Source of the DNA: Eledone cirrhosa
Taxonomy: Eukaryota
Assembly (NCBI GenBank): GCA_964016885.1
Contig: OZ024744.1
Span: 104,904,001-104,968,000 of the forward strand
Direction: 5' to 3'
Length of the DNA stretch: 64,000 nt
Position numbers and translations under genes: made by a program. Below are positions 50,701 through 64,000 of the stretch, one piece after another; the first letter of the stretch is position 1, and every line of letters starts with the position of its first letter. The notes under the pieces are model-generated. The model saw only the letters and a list, made by a program, of their open reading frames with translations. It made no database searches and was not told the origin of the DNA.

Positions 50701-53700
50701 GTGGTTGTCATATAGTGTAGTTGTCATATACTGAGGTTGTCATATAACGTGGTTATCATATAGTGTAGTTATATAGTGTAGTTATATAGTGTAGTTGTCA
50801 TATAACGTTGTTGTCATATAATGCGGTTGTCATATAGTGTGGTTATCATATAGTGTGGTTGTCATATAGTGAGGTTGTCATATATTGTGGTTGTCATATA
50901 GTGAGGTTCTCATATAGTGTGGTAGTCATATAGTGTAGTTGTCATATAGTGTAGTTGTTATATAGTGTAGTTGTCATGTAGTGTGATTGTCATATAGTGT
51001 AGTTGTTATAGTGTGGTTGTCATATAGTGTGGTTGACATATAGTGTGTTTGTCATATGGTGTAGTTGTCATATAGTGTAGTTGTCATATAGAATAGTTGT
51101 CATATAGTGAATTTGTCATATAGAGTAGTTGTCATATAGTTAGTTGTCATGTAGTGTGGTTGTCATATAGTGTAGTTGTCAGAGTGTGGTTGTCATATAG
51201 TGTAGTTGTCAACTAGTGTGGTTGTCATATAGTGTATTTGTCATATAGTATAGTTGTCATATAGAGTAGTTATCATATAGTGTGGTTGTCATATAGTGTG
51301 GTTATCATATAGTGTGGTTGTCATATTATGTAGTTGTCATATAGGGTATTTGTCATCTACAGTAGTTGTCATAGAGTGTAATTGTCATATAGTGTAGTTG
51401 TCATATAGAGTACTTGTCATATAGTGTGGTTGTCATATAGTGTGGTTGTCATTTAGTGAGTGTGGTTGTCATATAGTGTAGTTGTCATATAGAGTAGTTG
51501 TCATATAATGTGGTTGTATTATAGTGAGTTTGTCATATAGTGTAGCTGTCATATAATATGATTGTCATATAGTGTAGTTGTCATATAGCGTAGTTGTCAT
51601 ATAGTGTAGTTGTCATATAGAGTAGTTGGCATATAGTGTAGTTGTCATATAGTGTAGTTGTCATATAGTGCGGTTGTCATATAGTGTAGTTGTCATATAG
51701 TGTAGTTGTCATATAGCGTAGTTGTCATATAGTGTAGTTGTCATATAGAGTAGTTGGCATATAGTGTAGTATTCATATAGTGTAGTTGTCATATAGTGTG
51801 GTTGTCATATAATGTGGTTGTCATATAGTGTAGTTGTCATATAGTGTAGCTGTCATATAGTGTAGTTGTCATATAGTGCGGTTGTCATATTGTGTGGTTG
51901 TCATATAGTGTGGTTGTCATATAGTGTAGTTGTCATATAGTGTAGTTGTCATTGTGTGGTTGTCATATAATGTGGTTGTCATATGGAGTAGTTGCCATAT
52001 AGTGTGGTTGTCATATAGTGAGGTATTATAGAGTGTTTATCATATAGTGTAGTTGTTATATAGTGTGGTTGTCATATACTATGGTTGTCTTATAGTGTGG
52101 TTGTCATATAGTGTGGTTGTCATATAGTGTAGTTGTCATATAGTGTAGTTGTCATATAGTGTAGTTGTCATATAGTGTGTCTGTCCTATAGAGTGGTTGT
52201 CATATAGAGTAGTTGTCATATAGTGTAGTTGTCATGTAGTGAGGTTGTCATATAGTGTGGTTATCATATATTGTAGTTATATAGTGTAGTTGTCATATAG
52301 TGTAGTTGTCATATAATGCGGTTCTCATATAGTGTGGTTGTCATATAGTGTGGTTGTCATATAGTGAGGTTGTCATATATTGTGGTTGTCATATAGTGTG
52401 GTTGTCATATAGTGTGGTTGTCATATAATGTGGTTGTCATATAGTGTAGTTGTCATATAGTGTAGTTGTCATATAGAGTAGTTGTCATATAGTGTAGTTG
52501 TCATATAGAGTATTTCGCATATAGTGTGGTTGTCATATAGTGTGGTTGTCATATAGTGCAGTTGTCATATAGAGTAGTTGTCATATAGTGTAGTTGTCAT
52601 ATAGTGTGATTGTCATAAAGTGTTGTTGTCACAGTGTGGTTGTCATATAGTGTAGTTGTCATATAGAGTAGTTGTCATATAATGTGGTTGTGATATAGTG
52701 TAGTTGTCACAGTGTGGTTGTCATATAGTGTAGTTGTCATATAGAGTAGTTGTCATATAGTGTGGTTGTATTATTGTGAGTTTGTCATATAGTGTAGCTG
52801 TCATATACTGTAGTTGTCATATAGTGTAGTTGTCATATAGGGTAGTTGTCATATAATGTGGTTGTCATATAGTGTGGTTGTCATATAGTGTGCTTGTCAT
52901 ATAGTGTAGTTGTCATATAGAGTAGTTGTCATAGTGCGGTGTCATATAGTGTAGTTGACATAGTGTGGTTGTCATATAGAGTAGTTCTCATATAGTGTAG
53001 TTCTCATATAGTGTGGTTGTCATATCGTGTGGTTGTCATATAGTATGGTTGTTATATAGTGAGTTTGTCATATAGTGTAGCTGTCATATAATGTGGTTGT
53101 CATATAGTGTAGTCATATAGATTAGTTGTCATATATTGTGCTTGTCATATAGAGTAGTTGTCTTATAGTGTGGTTGTCATATAGTGTGGTTGTAATAAAG
53201 TGTAGTTGTCATATAGAGTAGTTGTCATATAGTGTGGTTGTCATATATTGTAGTTGTCACAGTGTGGTTGTCATATAGTGTAGTTGTCATATAGAGTAGT
53301 TGTCATAGTGTGGTTGTCATATAGTGAGGTTCTCATATAGAGTAGTTGTCATATAGCGTAGTTGTCATATAGTGTAGTTGCCATATAGTGTAGTTGTCAT
53401 ATAGTGTGGCTGTCATATAGTGTGGTTGTCGTATAGTGAGGTTGTCATATAGTGAGGTTGTCATATACTGTAGATGTCATATAGTGAGTTGTCATGTAGT
53501 GTAGTTGTCATATAGTGTAGTTGTCATATAGTGTAGTTGTCACATAGTGTAGTTGTCATATAGTGTGGTTATCAAATAGTGTAGTTGTCATATATTGTAG
53601 TTGTGGTATAGTGTAGTTGTCATATATTGTGGATGTCATATAGTGTGGTTGTCATATAATGTAGTTGTCATATAGTGTAGTTGTCATATAGTGTAGTTGG

Positions 53701-56700
53701 CATATTGTGTGGTTATCATATAGTGTAGTTGTCATATAGTGTAATTGTCATAGTGTGGTTGTCATATAGTGTAGTTGTCATATAGTGTGGTTGTCATAGA
53801 GTGTAGATGTCATAGTGTGGTTGTCATATAGTGTGGTTGTCATATAATGTGGTTCTCATATAGAGTAGTTGTCATATAGTGTAGTTGTCATATAGTGTAG
53901 TTTTAATATAGAGTAGTTGTCCTATTGTGTGGTTGTCATATAATGTGGTTGTCATGTAGTGTGATTGTCATATAGTGTAGTTGTCATCTAGTGTAGTTGT
54001 CATATAGAGTAGTTGTCATATAGTGTCGTTGTCATATAGTGCAGTTGTCATATAGAGTAGTTGTCATATAGTGTGGTTGTCATATAGTGTGGTTGTCATA
54101 TAGTGTAGTTGTCATATAGAGTAGTTGTCATGTAGTGTGGTTGTCATATAGTTTAGTTGTCACAGTGTGGTTGTCATATAGTGTAGTTGTCATATAGAGT
54201 AGTTGTCATATAGTGTGGTTGTCATATAGTGTAGTTGTCACAGTGTGGTTGTCATATAGTGTAGTTGTCATAGAGTAGGTGTCATATAATGTAGCTGTCA
54301 TATAATGTGGTTGTCATATAGTGTAGTCATATAGAGTAGTTGTCATATAGTGACATTGTCATATAGTGTGGTGGTTATATAGTGTAGTTGTCATATAGTG
54401 TAGTTGTCATATAGTGCAATTGTCATATAGTGTGGTTGTCATATAGTGTGGTTGTCATACAGTGAAGTTTTTCATATAGAGTAGCTGTCATATAGTGTAG
54501 TTGTCATATAGTATGGTTGTCATATAGTGTGGTTGTCATATAGTGTGGTTATCATATAGTGTGTTTGTCATATAGAGTAGTTGTCGTATAGTGAGGGTGT
54601 CATATACTCTAGTTGTCACATAGTGTAGTTGTCATATAGTATGATTGTCATATAGTGTTGTTGCTATATAGTGTAGTTGTCATTTACTGTAGTTATCATA
54701 TAGTGTAGTTGTCATATACTGTAGTGATCATATAGTGTGGTTGTCATATAGTGTAGTTGTCATAGCGTGGTTATCATATAGTGTAGTTGTCATGTAGTGT
54801 GGTTGTCATATAGTGTAGTTTTCATATAGTGTAGTTGTCATATAGAGTAGTTGTCATATAGTGTAGTTGTCATATAGTGTTGTTGTCATATAGTGTAGTT
54901 GTCATATAGTGTAATTGTCATATAGTCTAGTTGTAATATAGTGTAGTTGTCATATAGTGTGCTTGTCATATAGTGTGCTTGTCATATAGTGTAGTTGTCA
55001 TATAGTGTAGCTGTCATATAGTGTGGTTGTCATATAGTGTAGTTGTCATAGTGTGGTTGTCATATAATGTGGTTGTCATATAGAGTAGTTGTCATATAGT
55101 GTGGTTGTCATATAGTGAGGTATTATAGAGTGTTTATCATATAGTGTAGTTGTTATATAGTGTGGTTGTCATATACTATGGTTGTCATATATTGTGGTTG
55201 TCATAGAGTGTGGTTGTCATATAGGGTAGTTGTCATATAGTGTAGTTGTCATATAGAGTAGTTGTCATATAGTGTAGTTGTCATATAGAGTAGTTGTCAT
55301 ATATTGTGGTTGTCATAATGTGTGGTTGTCATATAGTGTAGTTGTCATATAGAGAAGTTGTCATAGAGTGCGGTTGTATTATAGTGTGTTTGTCATATAG
55401 TGTGGTTGTCATATAGAGTAGTTGTCATATAGTGTAGTTGTCATATAGTTAAGTTGTCATATAGAGTTGTTGTCATAGAGTGTGGTTGTCATATATTGTA
55501 GTTGTCATATAGTGTGGTTGTCATATAGTGTAGTTGTCATATATTCTAGTTGTCATATAGAGTTGTTGTCATATAGTGTGTTTATCAAATAGTGTAGTTG
55601 TCATATAGTGTAGTCGTGTTATATTGTAGTCGTCATATATTGTGAATGTCATATAGTGTGGTTGTCATATAGTGTAGTTGTCATATAGTGTAGTTGTCAT
55701 ATAGTGTAGTTGACATATAGTGTGGTTATCATATAGTGTAGTTGTCATATAGTTTAGTTGTCATAGTGTGGTTGTCATATAGTGTAGTTGTCATATAGTG
55801 TGATTGTCATATAGTGTAGTTGTCATAGTGTGGTTGTCATATAGTGTGGTTGTCATCTAATGTGGTTCTCATATAGAGTAGTTGTCATATAGCGTAGTTG
55901 TCATATAGTGTAGTTGTCATATAGAGTAGTTGTCATATAGTGTCGTTGTCATATAGTGCAGTTGTCATATAGAGTAGTTGTCATATAGAGTAGTTGTCAT
56001 ATAGTGTTGTTCTCATATAGTGTGGTTGTTATATAGTGTAGTTGTCATATAGAGTAGTTGTCATGTAGTGTGGTTGTCATATAGTTTAGTTGTCACAGTG
56101 TGGTTGTCATATAGTGTAGTTGTCATATAGAGTAGTTGTCATATAGTGTGGTTGTCATATAGTGTAGTTGTCATAGAGTAGGTGTCATATAGTGTGGTTG
56201 TATTATTGTGAGTTTGTCATATAATGTAGCTGTCATATAATGTGGTTGTCATATAGTGTAGTCATATAGAGTACTTGTCATATAGTGTGGCTGTCATATA
56301 GTGTAGTTGTAATATAGTGTGGTTGTCATATTGTGTGGTGGTTATATAGTGTAGTTGTCATATAGAGTAGTTGTCATATAGTGCAATTGTCATATAGTGT
56401 GGTTGTCATATAGTGTGGTTGTCATATAGTGTAGTTGTCATATAGAGTAGTTGTCATAGTGTGGTGTCATATAGTGTAGTTCTCATAGTGTGGTTGTCAT
56501 ATAATGTGGTTGTGTTATAGAGTAGTTGTCATATAGTGTGGTTGTCATATAGAGAGGTATTATAGAGTGTTTATCATATTGTGTAGTTGTTATATAGTGT
56601 GGTTGTCATATACTATGGTTGTCATATAGTGTTGTTGTCATATAGTGTGGTTGTCATATAGTGTAGTTGTCATATAGTGTAGTTGTCATATAGAGTAGTT

Positions 56701-59700
56701 GTCATATAGTGTGGTTGTATTATAGTGTGTTTGTCATACAGTGTAGCTGTCATATAGTGTAGTTGTAATATAGTGTAGTTGTCATATAGAGTAGTTGTCA
56801 TATAGTGTTTTTTTATTATAGTGAGTTTGTCATATAGTGTGGATATCATATAGTGTAGTTATATAGTGTAATTGTCATATATTGTAGTTGTCATATAGTG
56901 TAGTTGTCATACAGTGTGGTTGTCATATAGTGTGGTTGTCATATAATGTGGTTGTCATGTGGTGAGCTTGTCACATAGTGTGGTTGTATTATAGTGTGTT
57001 TGTCATATAGAGTAGTTGTGATATAGTGAGGGTGTCATATACTCTAGTTGTCATATAGTGTAGTTGTCATATAGTATGATTGTCATATAGTGTTGTTGCT
57101 ATATAGTGTAGTTGTCATTTACTGTAGTTATCATATAGTGTAGTTGTCATATACTGTAGTGATCATATAGTGTGGTTGTCATATAGTGTACTTGTCATAT
57201 AGTGTAGTTGTCATAGTGTGGTTATCATATATTGTAGTTGTCATGTAGTGTGGTTGTCATATAGTGTAGTTGTTATAGTGTGGTTGTCAAATAGTGTAGT
57301 TGTCATAGTGTGGTTATCATATAGTGTAGTTGTCATATAGTGTTGTTGTAATATAGTGTAGTTGTTATATAGAGTAGTTGTCATATAGAGTCGTTGTCAT
57401 ATAGTGTGGTTGTCATATAGTGTGGTTGTCATATAGTGTGGTTGTCATATAGTGTAGTTGTCATATAGAGTAGTTGTCATATAGTGTGGTTGTCATATAG
57501 TGTAGTTGTTAAAGTGTGGTTGTCATATAGTGTAGTTGTCATATAGTGTAGTCATATAGAGTAGTTGTCAGATAGTGTGGTTGTCATATAGTGTAGTTGT
57601 CATATAGTGTGGTTGTCATATAGTGTAGTTGTCATATAGTGTAGTTGTCATGTAGAGTAGTTGTCATATAGTGTAGTTGTCATATAGTGTTGTTGTCATA
57701 TAGTGTAGTTGTCATATAGTGTAGTTGTCATATAGAGTACTTGTCATATAGTGTCGTTGTCATATAGTGGAGTTGTCATATAGAGTAGTTGTCATATAGA
57801 GTAGTTGTCATATAGTGTGGTTGTCATATAGTGTGGTTGTCATATAGTGTAGTTGCTATATAGAGTAGTTGTCATGTTGTGTGGTTGTCATATAGTTTAG
57901 TTGTCACAGTGTGGTTGTCATATAGTGTAGTTGTCATATAGAGTAGTTGTCATATAGTGTGGTTGACTTATAGTGTAGTTGTCACAGTGTGGTTGTCATA
58001 TAGTGTAGTTGTCATAGAGTAGGTGTCATATAGTGTGGTTGTATTATTGTGAGTTTGTCATATAATGTAGCTGTCATATAATGTGGTTGTCATATAGTGT
58101 AATCATATAGAGTAGTTGTCATATAGTGTGGCCGTCATATAGTGTAGTTGTCATATAGTGTGGTTGTCATATAGTGTGGTGTTTATATAGTGTAGTTGTC
58201 ATATAGTGTAGTTGTCATATAGTGCAATTGTCATATAGTGTGGTTGTCATATAGTGTTGTTGTCATACAGTGAAGTTTTTCATATAGTGTAGCTGTCAGA
58301 TAGTGTAGTTGTCATATAGTGTGGTTGTCATATAGTGTGGTTGTCATATAGTGTGGTTATCATATAGTGTAGTTGTCATATAGAGTAGTTGTCATAGTGT
58401 GGTGTCATATAATGTGGTTGTCATATAGAGTAGTTGTCATATAGTGTGGTTGTCATATAGTGAGGTATTATAGAGTGTTTATCATATTGTGTAGTTGTTA
58501 TATAGTGTGGTTCTCATATACTATGGTTGTCACATAGTGTTGTTGTCATATAGTGTGGTTGTCATATAGTGTAGTTGTCATATAGTGTAGTTGTCCTATA
58601 GAGTAGTTGTCATATAGTTTGGTTGTATTATAGTGTGTTTGTCATACAGTGTAGCTGTCATATAGTGTAGTTGTCATATAGTGTAGTTGTCATATAGAGT
58701 AGTTGTCATATAGTGTTTTTTTATTATAGTGAGTTTGTCATATAGTGTCGATATCATATAGTGTAGTTATATAGTGTAGTTGTCATATATTGTAGTTGTC
58801 ATATAGTGTAGTTGTCATACAGTGTGGTTGTCATATAGTGTGGTTGTCATATAATGTGGTTGTCATATGGTGAGGTTGTCATATAGTGTGGTTGTATTAT
58901 AGTGTGTTTGTCATATAGAGTAGTTGTCATATAGTGAGGGTGTCATATACTCTAGTTGTAATATAGTGTAGTTGTCATATAGTATGATTGTCATATAGTG
59001 TTGTTGCTATATAGTGTAGTTGTCATTTACTGTAGTTATCATATAGTGTAGTTGTCATATACTGTAGTGATCATATAGTGTGGTTGTCATATAGTGTGGT
59101 TATCATATAGTGTAGTTGTCATGTAGTGTGGTTGTCATATAGTGTAGTTGTTATAGTGTGGTTGTCAAATAGTGTAGTTGTCATAGTGTGGTTATCATAT
59201 AGTGTAGTTGTAATATAGTGTAGTTGTTATATAGAGTAGTTGTCATATAGAGTAGTTGTCATATAGTGTGGTTATCATATAGTGTAGTTGTCAAATAGTG
59301 TGGTTGTCATATAGTGTAGTTGTTAAAGTGTGGTTGTCATATAGTGTAGTTGTCATATAGTGTAGTCATATAGAGTAGTTGTCATATAGTGTAGTTGTCA
59401 TATAGTGTAGTTGTCATATAGTGTGGTTGTCATATAGTGTAGTTGTCATATAGTGTAGTTGTCATATAGAGTAGTTGTCATATAGTGTAGTTGTCATATA
59501 GTGTTGTTGTCATATCGTGTAGTTGTCATATAGTGTTATTGTCATATAGTCTAGTTGTCATATAGTGTAGTTGTCATATAGTGTAGCTTTCATATAGTGT
59601 GGTTGTCATATAGTGTGGTTGTCATATAGTGTTGTTGTCATATAGAGTAATTGTCATATAGTGTGGTTGTCATATAGTGAGGTATTATAGAGTGTTTATC

Positions 59701-62700
59701 ATATAGTGTAGTTGTTATATAGTGTGGTTGTCATATACTATGGTTGTCATATATTGTGGTTGTCATAGAGTGTGGTTGTCATATAGGGTAGTTGTCATAT
59801 AGTGTAGTTGTCATATAGAGTAGTTGTCATATAGTGTAGTTGTCATATAGAGTAGTTGTCATATATTGTGGTTGTCATAATGTGTGGTTGTCATATAGTG
59901 CAGTTGTCATTTAGAGTAGTTGTCATATAGTGTGGTTGTCATATAGTGTAGTTGTCATATAGTGTGGTTGTCATATAGTGTGGTTGTCTTATAGTGTTGT
60001 TGTCATATAGAGTAGTTGTCATAATGTGGTGTCATATAGTGTAGTTGTCATAGTGTGGTTGTCATATAATGTGGTTGTCATATAGAGTAGTTGTCATATA
60101 GTGTGGTTGTCATATAGTGAGGTATTGTAGAGTGTTTATCATATAGCGTAGTTGTTATATAGTGTGGTTGTCATAATGTGTGGTTGTCATATAGTGTAGT
60201 TGTCATATAGAGAAGTTGTCATAGAGTGCGGTTGCATTATAGTGTGTTTGTCATATAGTGTGGTTGTCATATAGTTAAGTTGTCATAAGGAGTAGTTGTC
60301 ATAGAGTATGGTTGTCATATATTGTAGTTGTCATATAGTGTGGTTGCCATATAGTGTAGTTGTCATATATTCTAGTTGTCATATAGAGTTGTTGTCATAT
60401 AGTGTGTTTATCAAATAGTGTAGTTGTCATATAGTGTAGTCGTGTTAAATTGTAGTCGTCATATATTGTGAATGTCATATAGTGTGGTTGTCATATAGTG
60501 TAGTTGTCATATAGTGTAGTTGTCATATAGTGTAGTTGACATATAGTGTGGTTATAATATAGTGTAGTTGTCATATAGTTTAGTTGTCATAGTGTGGTTG
60601 TCATATAGTGTAGTTGTCATATAGTGTTGTTGTCATATCGTGTAGTTGTCATATAGTGTTATTGTCATATAGTCTAGTTGTCATATAGTGTAGTTGTCAT
60701 ATAGTGTGCTTGTCATATAGTGTGGTTGTCATATAGTGTAGTTTTCATATAGAATAGTTGTCATCGTGTGGTTGTCATATAGTGTAGTTGTCATATAGTG
60801 TGGTTGTCATATAGTGTAGTTGTCATATAGTGTAGTTGTCATATAGAGTAGTTCTAATATCGTGTGGTTGTCATATAATGTGGTTGTCATATAGTGTGGA
60901 TGTCATATAGTGTGGTTGTCATATAGTGTGGTTGTTATAAAGTGTAGTTGTCATATAGTGTAGTTGTCATATAGAGTTGTTGTCATATAGAGTAGTTGTC
61001 ATATAGTGTAGTTGTCATGTAGAGTAGTTGTCATATAGTGTGCTTGTCATATAGTGTGGTTGTCATAAAGTGTAGTTGTCATATAGAGTAGTTGTCATAT
61101 AGTGTAGTTGTCATATAGTGAGGTTGTCATATAGTGTGGTTATCATATAGTATCGTTATATAGTGTAGTTCTCATATAGTGTAGTTGTCATACAGTTTTG
61201 TTGTCATATAGTGTGGTTGTCATAGAGTGTGGTTGTCATATAGTGAGGTTGTCATATAGTGTGGTTGTCATATAGTGTAGTTGTCATATAGAGTAGTTGT
61301 CATATAGTATAGTTGTCATATAGTGTGGTTGTCATATAGTGTAGTTGTCATATAGAGTAGTTGTCATATAGTGTAGTTTTCATCTAATGTGGTTGTCGTA
61401 TAGCCTAGTTGTCATAGTGTGGTTATCCTATAGTGTAGTTGTCATATAGTGTGGTTGTCATATAGTGTAGTTGTCATATAGTGTAGTTGTCATATAGAGT
61501 AGTTGTCATATAGTGTAGTTGTCATATAGAGTATTTGTCATATATTGTGGTTGTCATATAGTGTGGTTGTCATGTAGTGTGGTTGTCATATTGTGTAGTT
61601 ATCATATAGAGTAGTTGTCATATAGTGGTGTTGTCATATAGTTTAGTTGTCACAGTGTGGTTGTCATATAGTGTGGTTGTCATATAGTGTAGTTGTCATA
61701 TAAAGTAGTTGTCGTATAGTGTGGTCGTCATATAGTGTAGTTGTCATAGAGTAGGTGTCATATAGTGTGGTTTTATTATAATGAGTTTGTTATATAATGT
61801 GGTTATCATATAGTGTAGTCATATAGAGTAGTTGTCATATAGTGTGGTTGTCATATAGTGTAGTTGTCATATAGTGTGGTTGTCATATAGTGTAGTTGTC
61901 ATATAGTGAAGTTGTCATATAGTGTAGTTGTCATATAGTGTAGTTGTCATATAGAGTAGTTGTCATATAGTGTGGTTGTCATATAGTGTAGTTGTTACAG
62001 TGTGGTTGTCATATAGGGTAGTTGTCATATAGTGTAGTTGCCATATAGTGTAGTTGTCATATAGTGTGCTTGTCATATAGTGTGGTTGTCATATAGTGTA
62101 GTTGTCATATAGTGTAGCTGTCATATAGTGTGGTTGTCATATAGTGTGGTTGTCATATAGTGTTGTTGTCATATAGAGTAGTTATCATAATGTGGTGTCA
62201 TATAGTGTAGTTGTCATAGTGTGGTTGTCATATAATGTGGTTGTCATATAGAGTAGTTGTCATATAGTGTGGTTGTCATATAGTGAGGTATTATAGAGTG
62301 TTTATCATATAGTGTAGTTGTTATATAGTGTGGTTGTCATATACTATGGTTGTCATATATTGTGGTTATCATATAGTGTAGTTGTCATATAGAGTAGTTG
62401 TCATATAGTGTAGTTGTCATATAGAGTAGTTGTCATATATTGTGGTTGTCATAATGTGTGGTTGTCATATAGTGTAGTTGTCATATAGAGAAGTTGTCAT
62501 ATAGTGCGGTTGTATTATAGTGTGTTTGTCATATAGTGTGGTTGTCATATAGAGTAGTTGTCATATAGTGTAGTTGTCATATAGTTAAGTTGTCATATAG
62601 AGTAGTTGTCATAGAATGTGGTTGTAATATATTGTAGTTGTCATATAGTGTGGTTGTCATATAGTGTAGTTGTCATATATTCTAGTTGTCATATAGAGTT

Positions 62701-64000
62701 GTTGTCATATAGTGTGTTTATCAAATAGTGTAGTTGTCATATAGTGTAGTCGTGTTATATTGTAGTCGTCATATATTGTGAATGTCATATAGTGTGGTTG
62801 TCATATAGTGTAGTTGTCATATAGTGTAGTTGTCATATAGTGTAGTTGACATATAGTGTGGTTATCATATAGTGTAGTTGTCATATAGATTAGTTGTCAT
62901 AGTGTGGTTGTCATATAATGTAGTTGTCATATAGTGTGCTTGTCATATAGTGTAGTTGTCATAGTGTGGTTGTCATATAGTGTGGTTGTCATCTAATGTG
63001 GTTCTCATATAGAGTAGTTGTCATATAGTGTAGTTGTCATATAGTGTAGTTTTCATATAGAGTAGTTGTCATAGTGTGGTTGTCATATAGTGTAGTTGTC
63101 ATATAGTGTGGTTGACATATAGTGTAGTTGTCATATAGAGTAGTTCTAATATCGTGTGGTTGTCATATAATGTGGTTGTCATATAGTGTGGTTGTCATAT
63201 AGTGTGGTTGTCATATAGTGTGGTTGTTATAAAGTGTAGTTGTCATATAGTGTAGTTGTCATATAGAGTTGTTGTCATATAGAGTAGTTGTCATATAGTG
63301 TAGTTGTCATATAGAGTAGTTGTCATATAGTGTGGTTGTCATATAGTGTGGTTGTCATAAAGTGTAGTTGTCATATAGAGTAGTTGTCATATTGTGTGGT
63401 TGTATTATAGTAAGTTTGTCAAATAGTGTAGCTCTCATATAGTGTAGTTGTCATATAGAGTAGTTGTCATATAGTGTATTTGTCATATAGTGTGGTTGTC
63501 ATATAGTGTGGTTGTCATATAGAGTAGTTGTCATATAGTGTAGTTGTCATATAGTGAGGTTGTCATATAGTGTGGTTATCATATAGTATCGTTATATAGT
63601 GTAGTTGTCATATAGTGTAGTTGTCATACAGTTTTGTTGTCATATAGTGTGGTTGTCATAGAGTGTGGTTGTCATATAGTGAGGTTGTCATATAGTGTGG
63701 TTGTTATATAGTGTAGTTGTCATATAGAGTAGTTGTCATATAGTGTAGTTGTCATATAGAGTAGTTGTCATATAGTATAGTTGTCATATAGTGTGGTTGT
63801 CATATAGTGTAGTTGTCATATAGAGTAGTTGTCATATAGTGTAGTTTTCATCTAATGTGGTTGTCATATAGCCTAGTTGTCATAGTGTGGTTATCATATA
63901 GTGTAGTTGTCATATAGTGTGGTTGTCATATAGTGTAGTTGTCATATAGTGTAGTTTTCATATAGAGTAGTTGTCATATAGTGTAGTTGTCATATAGAGT
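20751..64000. repeat. 16-bp tandem satellite array, >43 kb (~2,700 monomers by length/16), running off the window end
   Basis: Consensus GTTGTCATATAGTGTA, with main variants ...GTGTG and ...GAGTA and shorter deletion monomers. It keeps one orientation, has no interrupting elements and has no ORFs in the supplied track. Confidence 0.98.

Noticed and set aside
20751-64000. Satellite as a telomere repeat, CRISPR array or repetitive protein gene
   Set aside because: It is not TTAGGG-like and has no spacers. TAG (plus) and TGA (minus) in a 16-nt period put stops in all six frames.

Overview
Eukaryotic, AT-rich animal genomic DNA. The SINE family, dense (TA)n/(CA)n microsatellites and transposon mix suggest a cephalopod, probably Octopus (inference). 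Bases 1-20,750 are mostly decayed transposons: an inverted-repeat Penelope-like retroelement, two more Penelope fragments, a complete DD37D (maT) mariner with 26-bp TIRs, several RTE-clade LINE pieces (one nested with a 12-bp TSD), Helitron-type elements, three MITE/foldback elements and SINEs. They surround one intact host coding exon (12482-13489), a type II membrane GT77/Nucleotid_trans-like glycosyltransferase. From about 20,751 to the window end is one uninterrupted 43-kb satellite of a 16-bp monomer (GTTGTCATATAGTGT[A/G], variant ...GAGTA) with kb-scale higher-order duplications. The most interesting signals are an HDV-like ribozyme fold at the 5' end of an RTE, two degenerate minimal hammerheads near Penelope elements, a GT77 enzyme with altered metal-binding motifs, and the mosaic satellite structure. 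I cannot support a wholly new biological system from the sequence alone.
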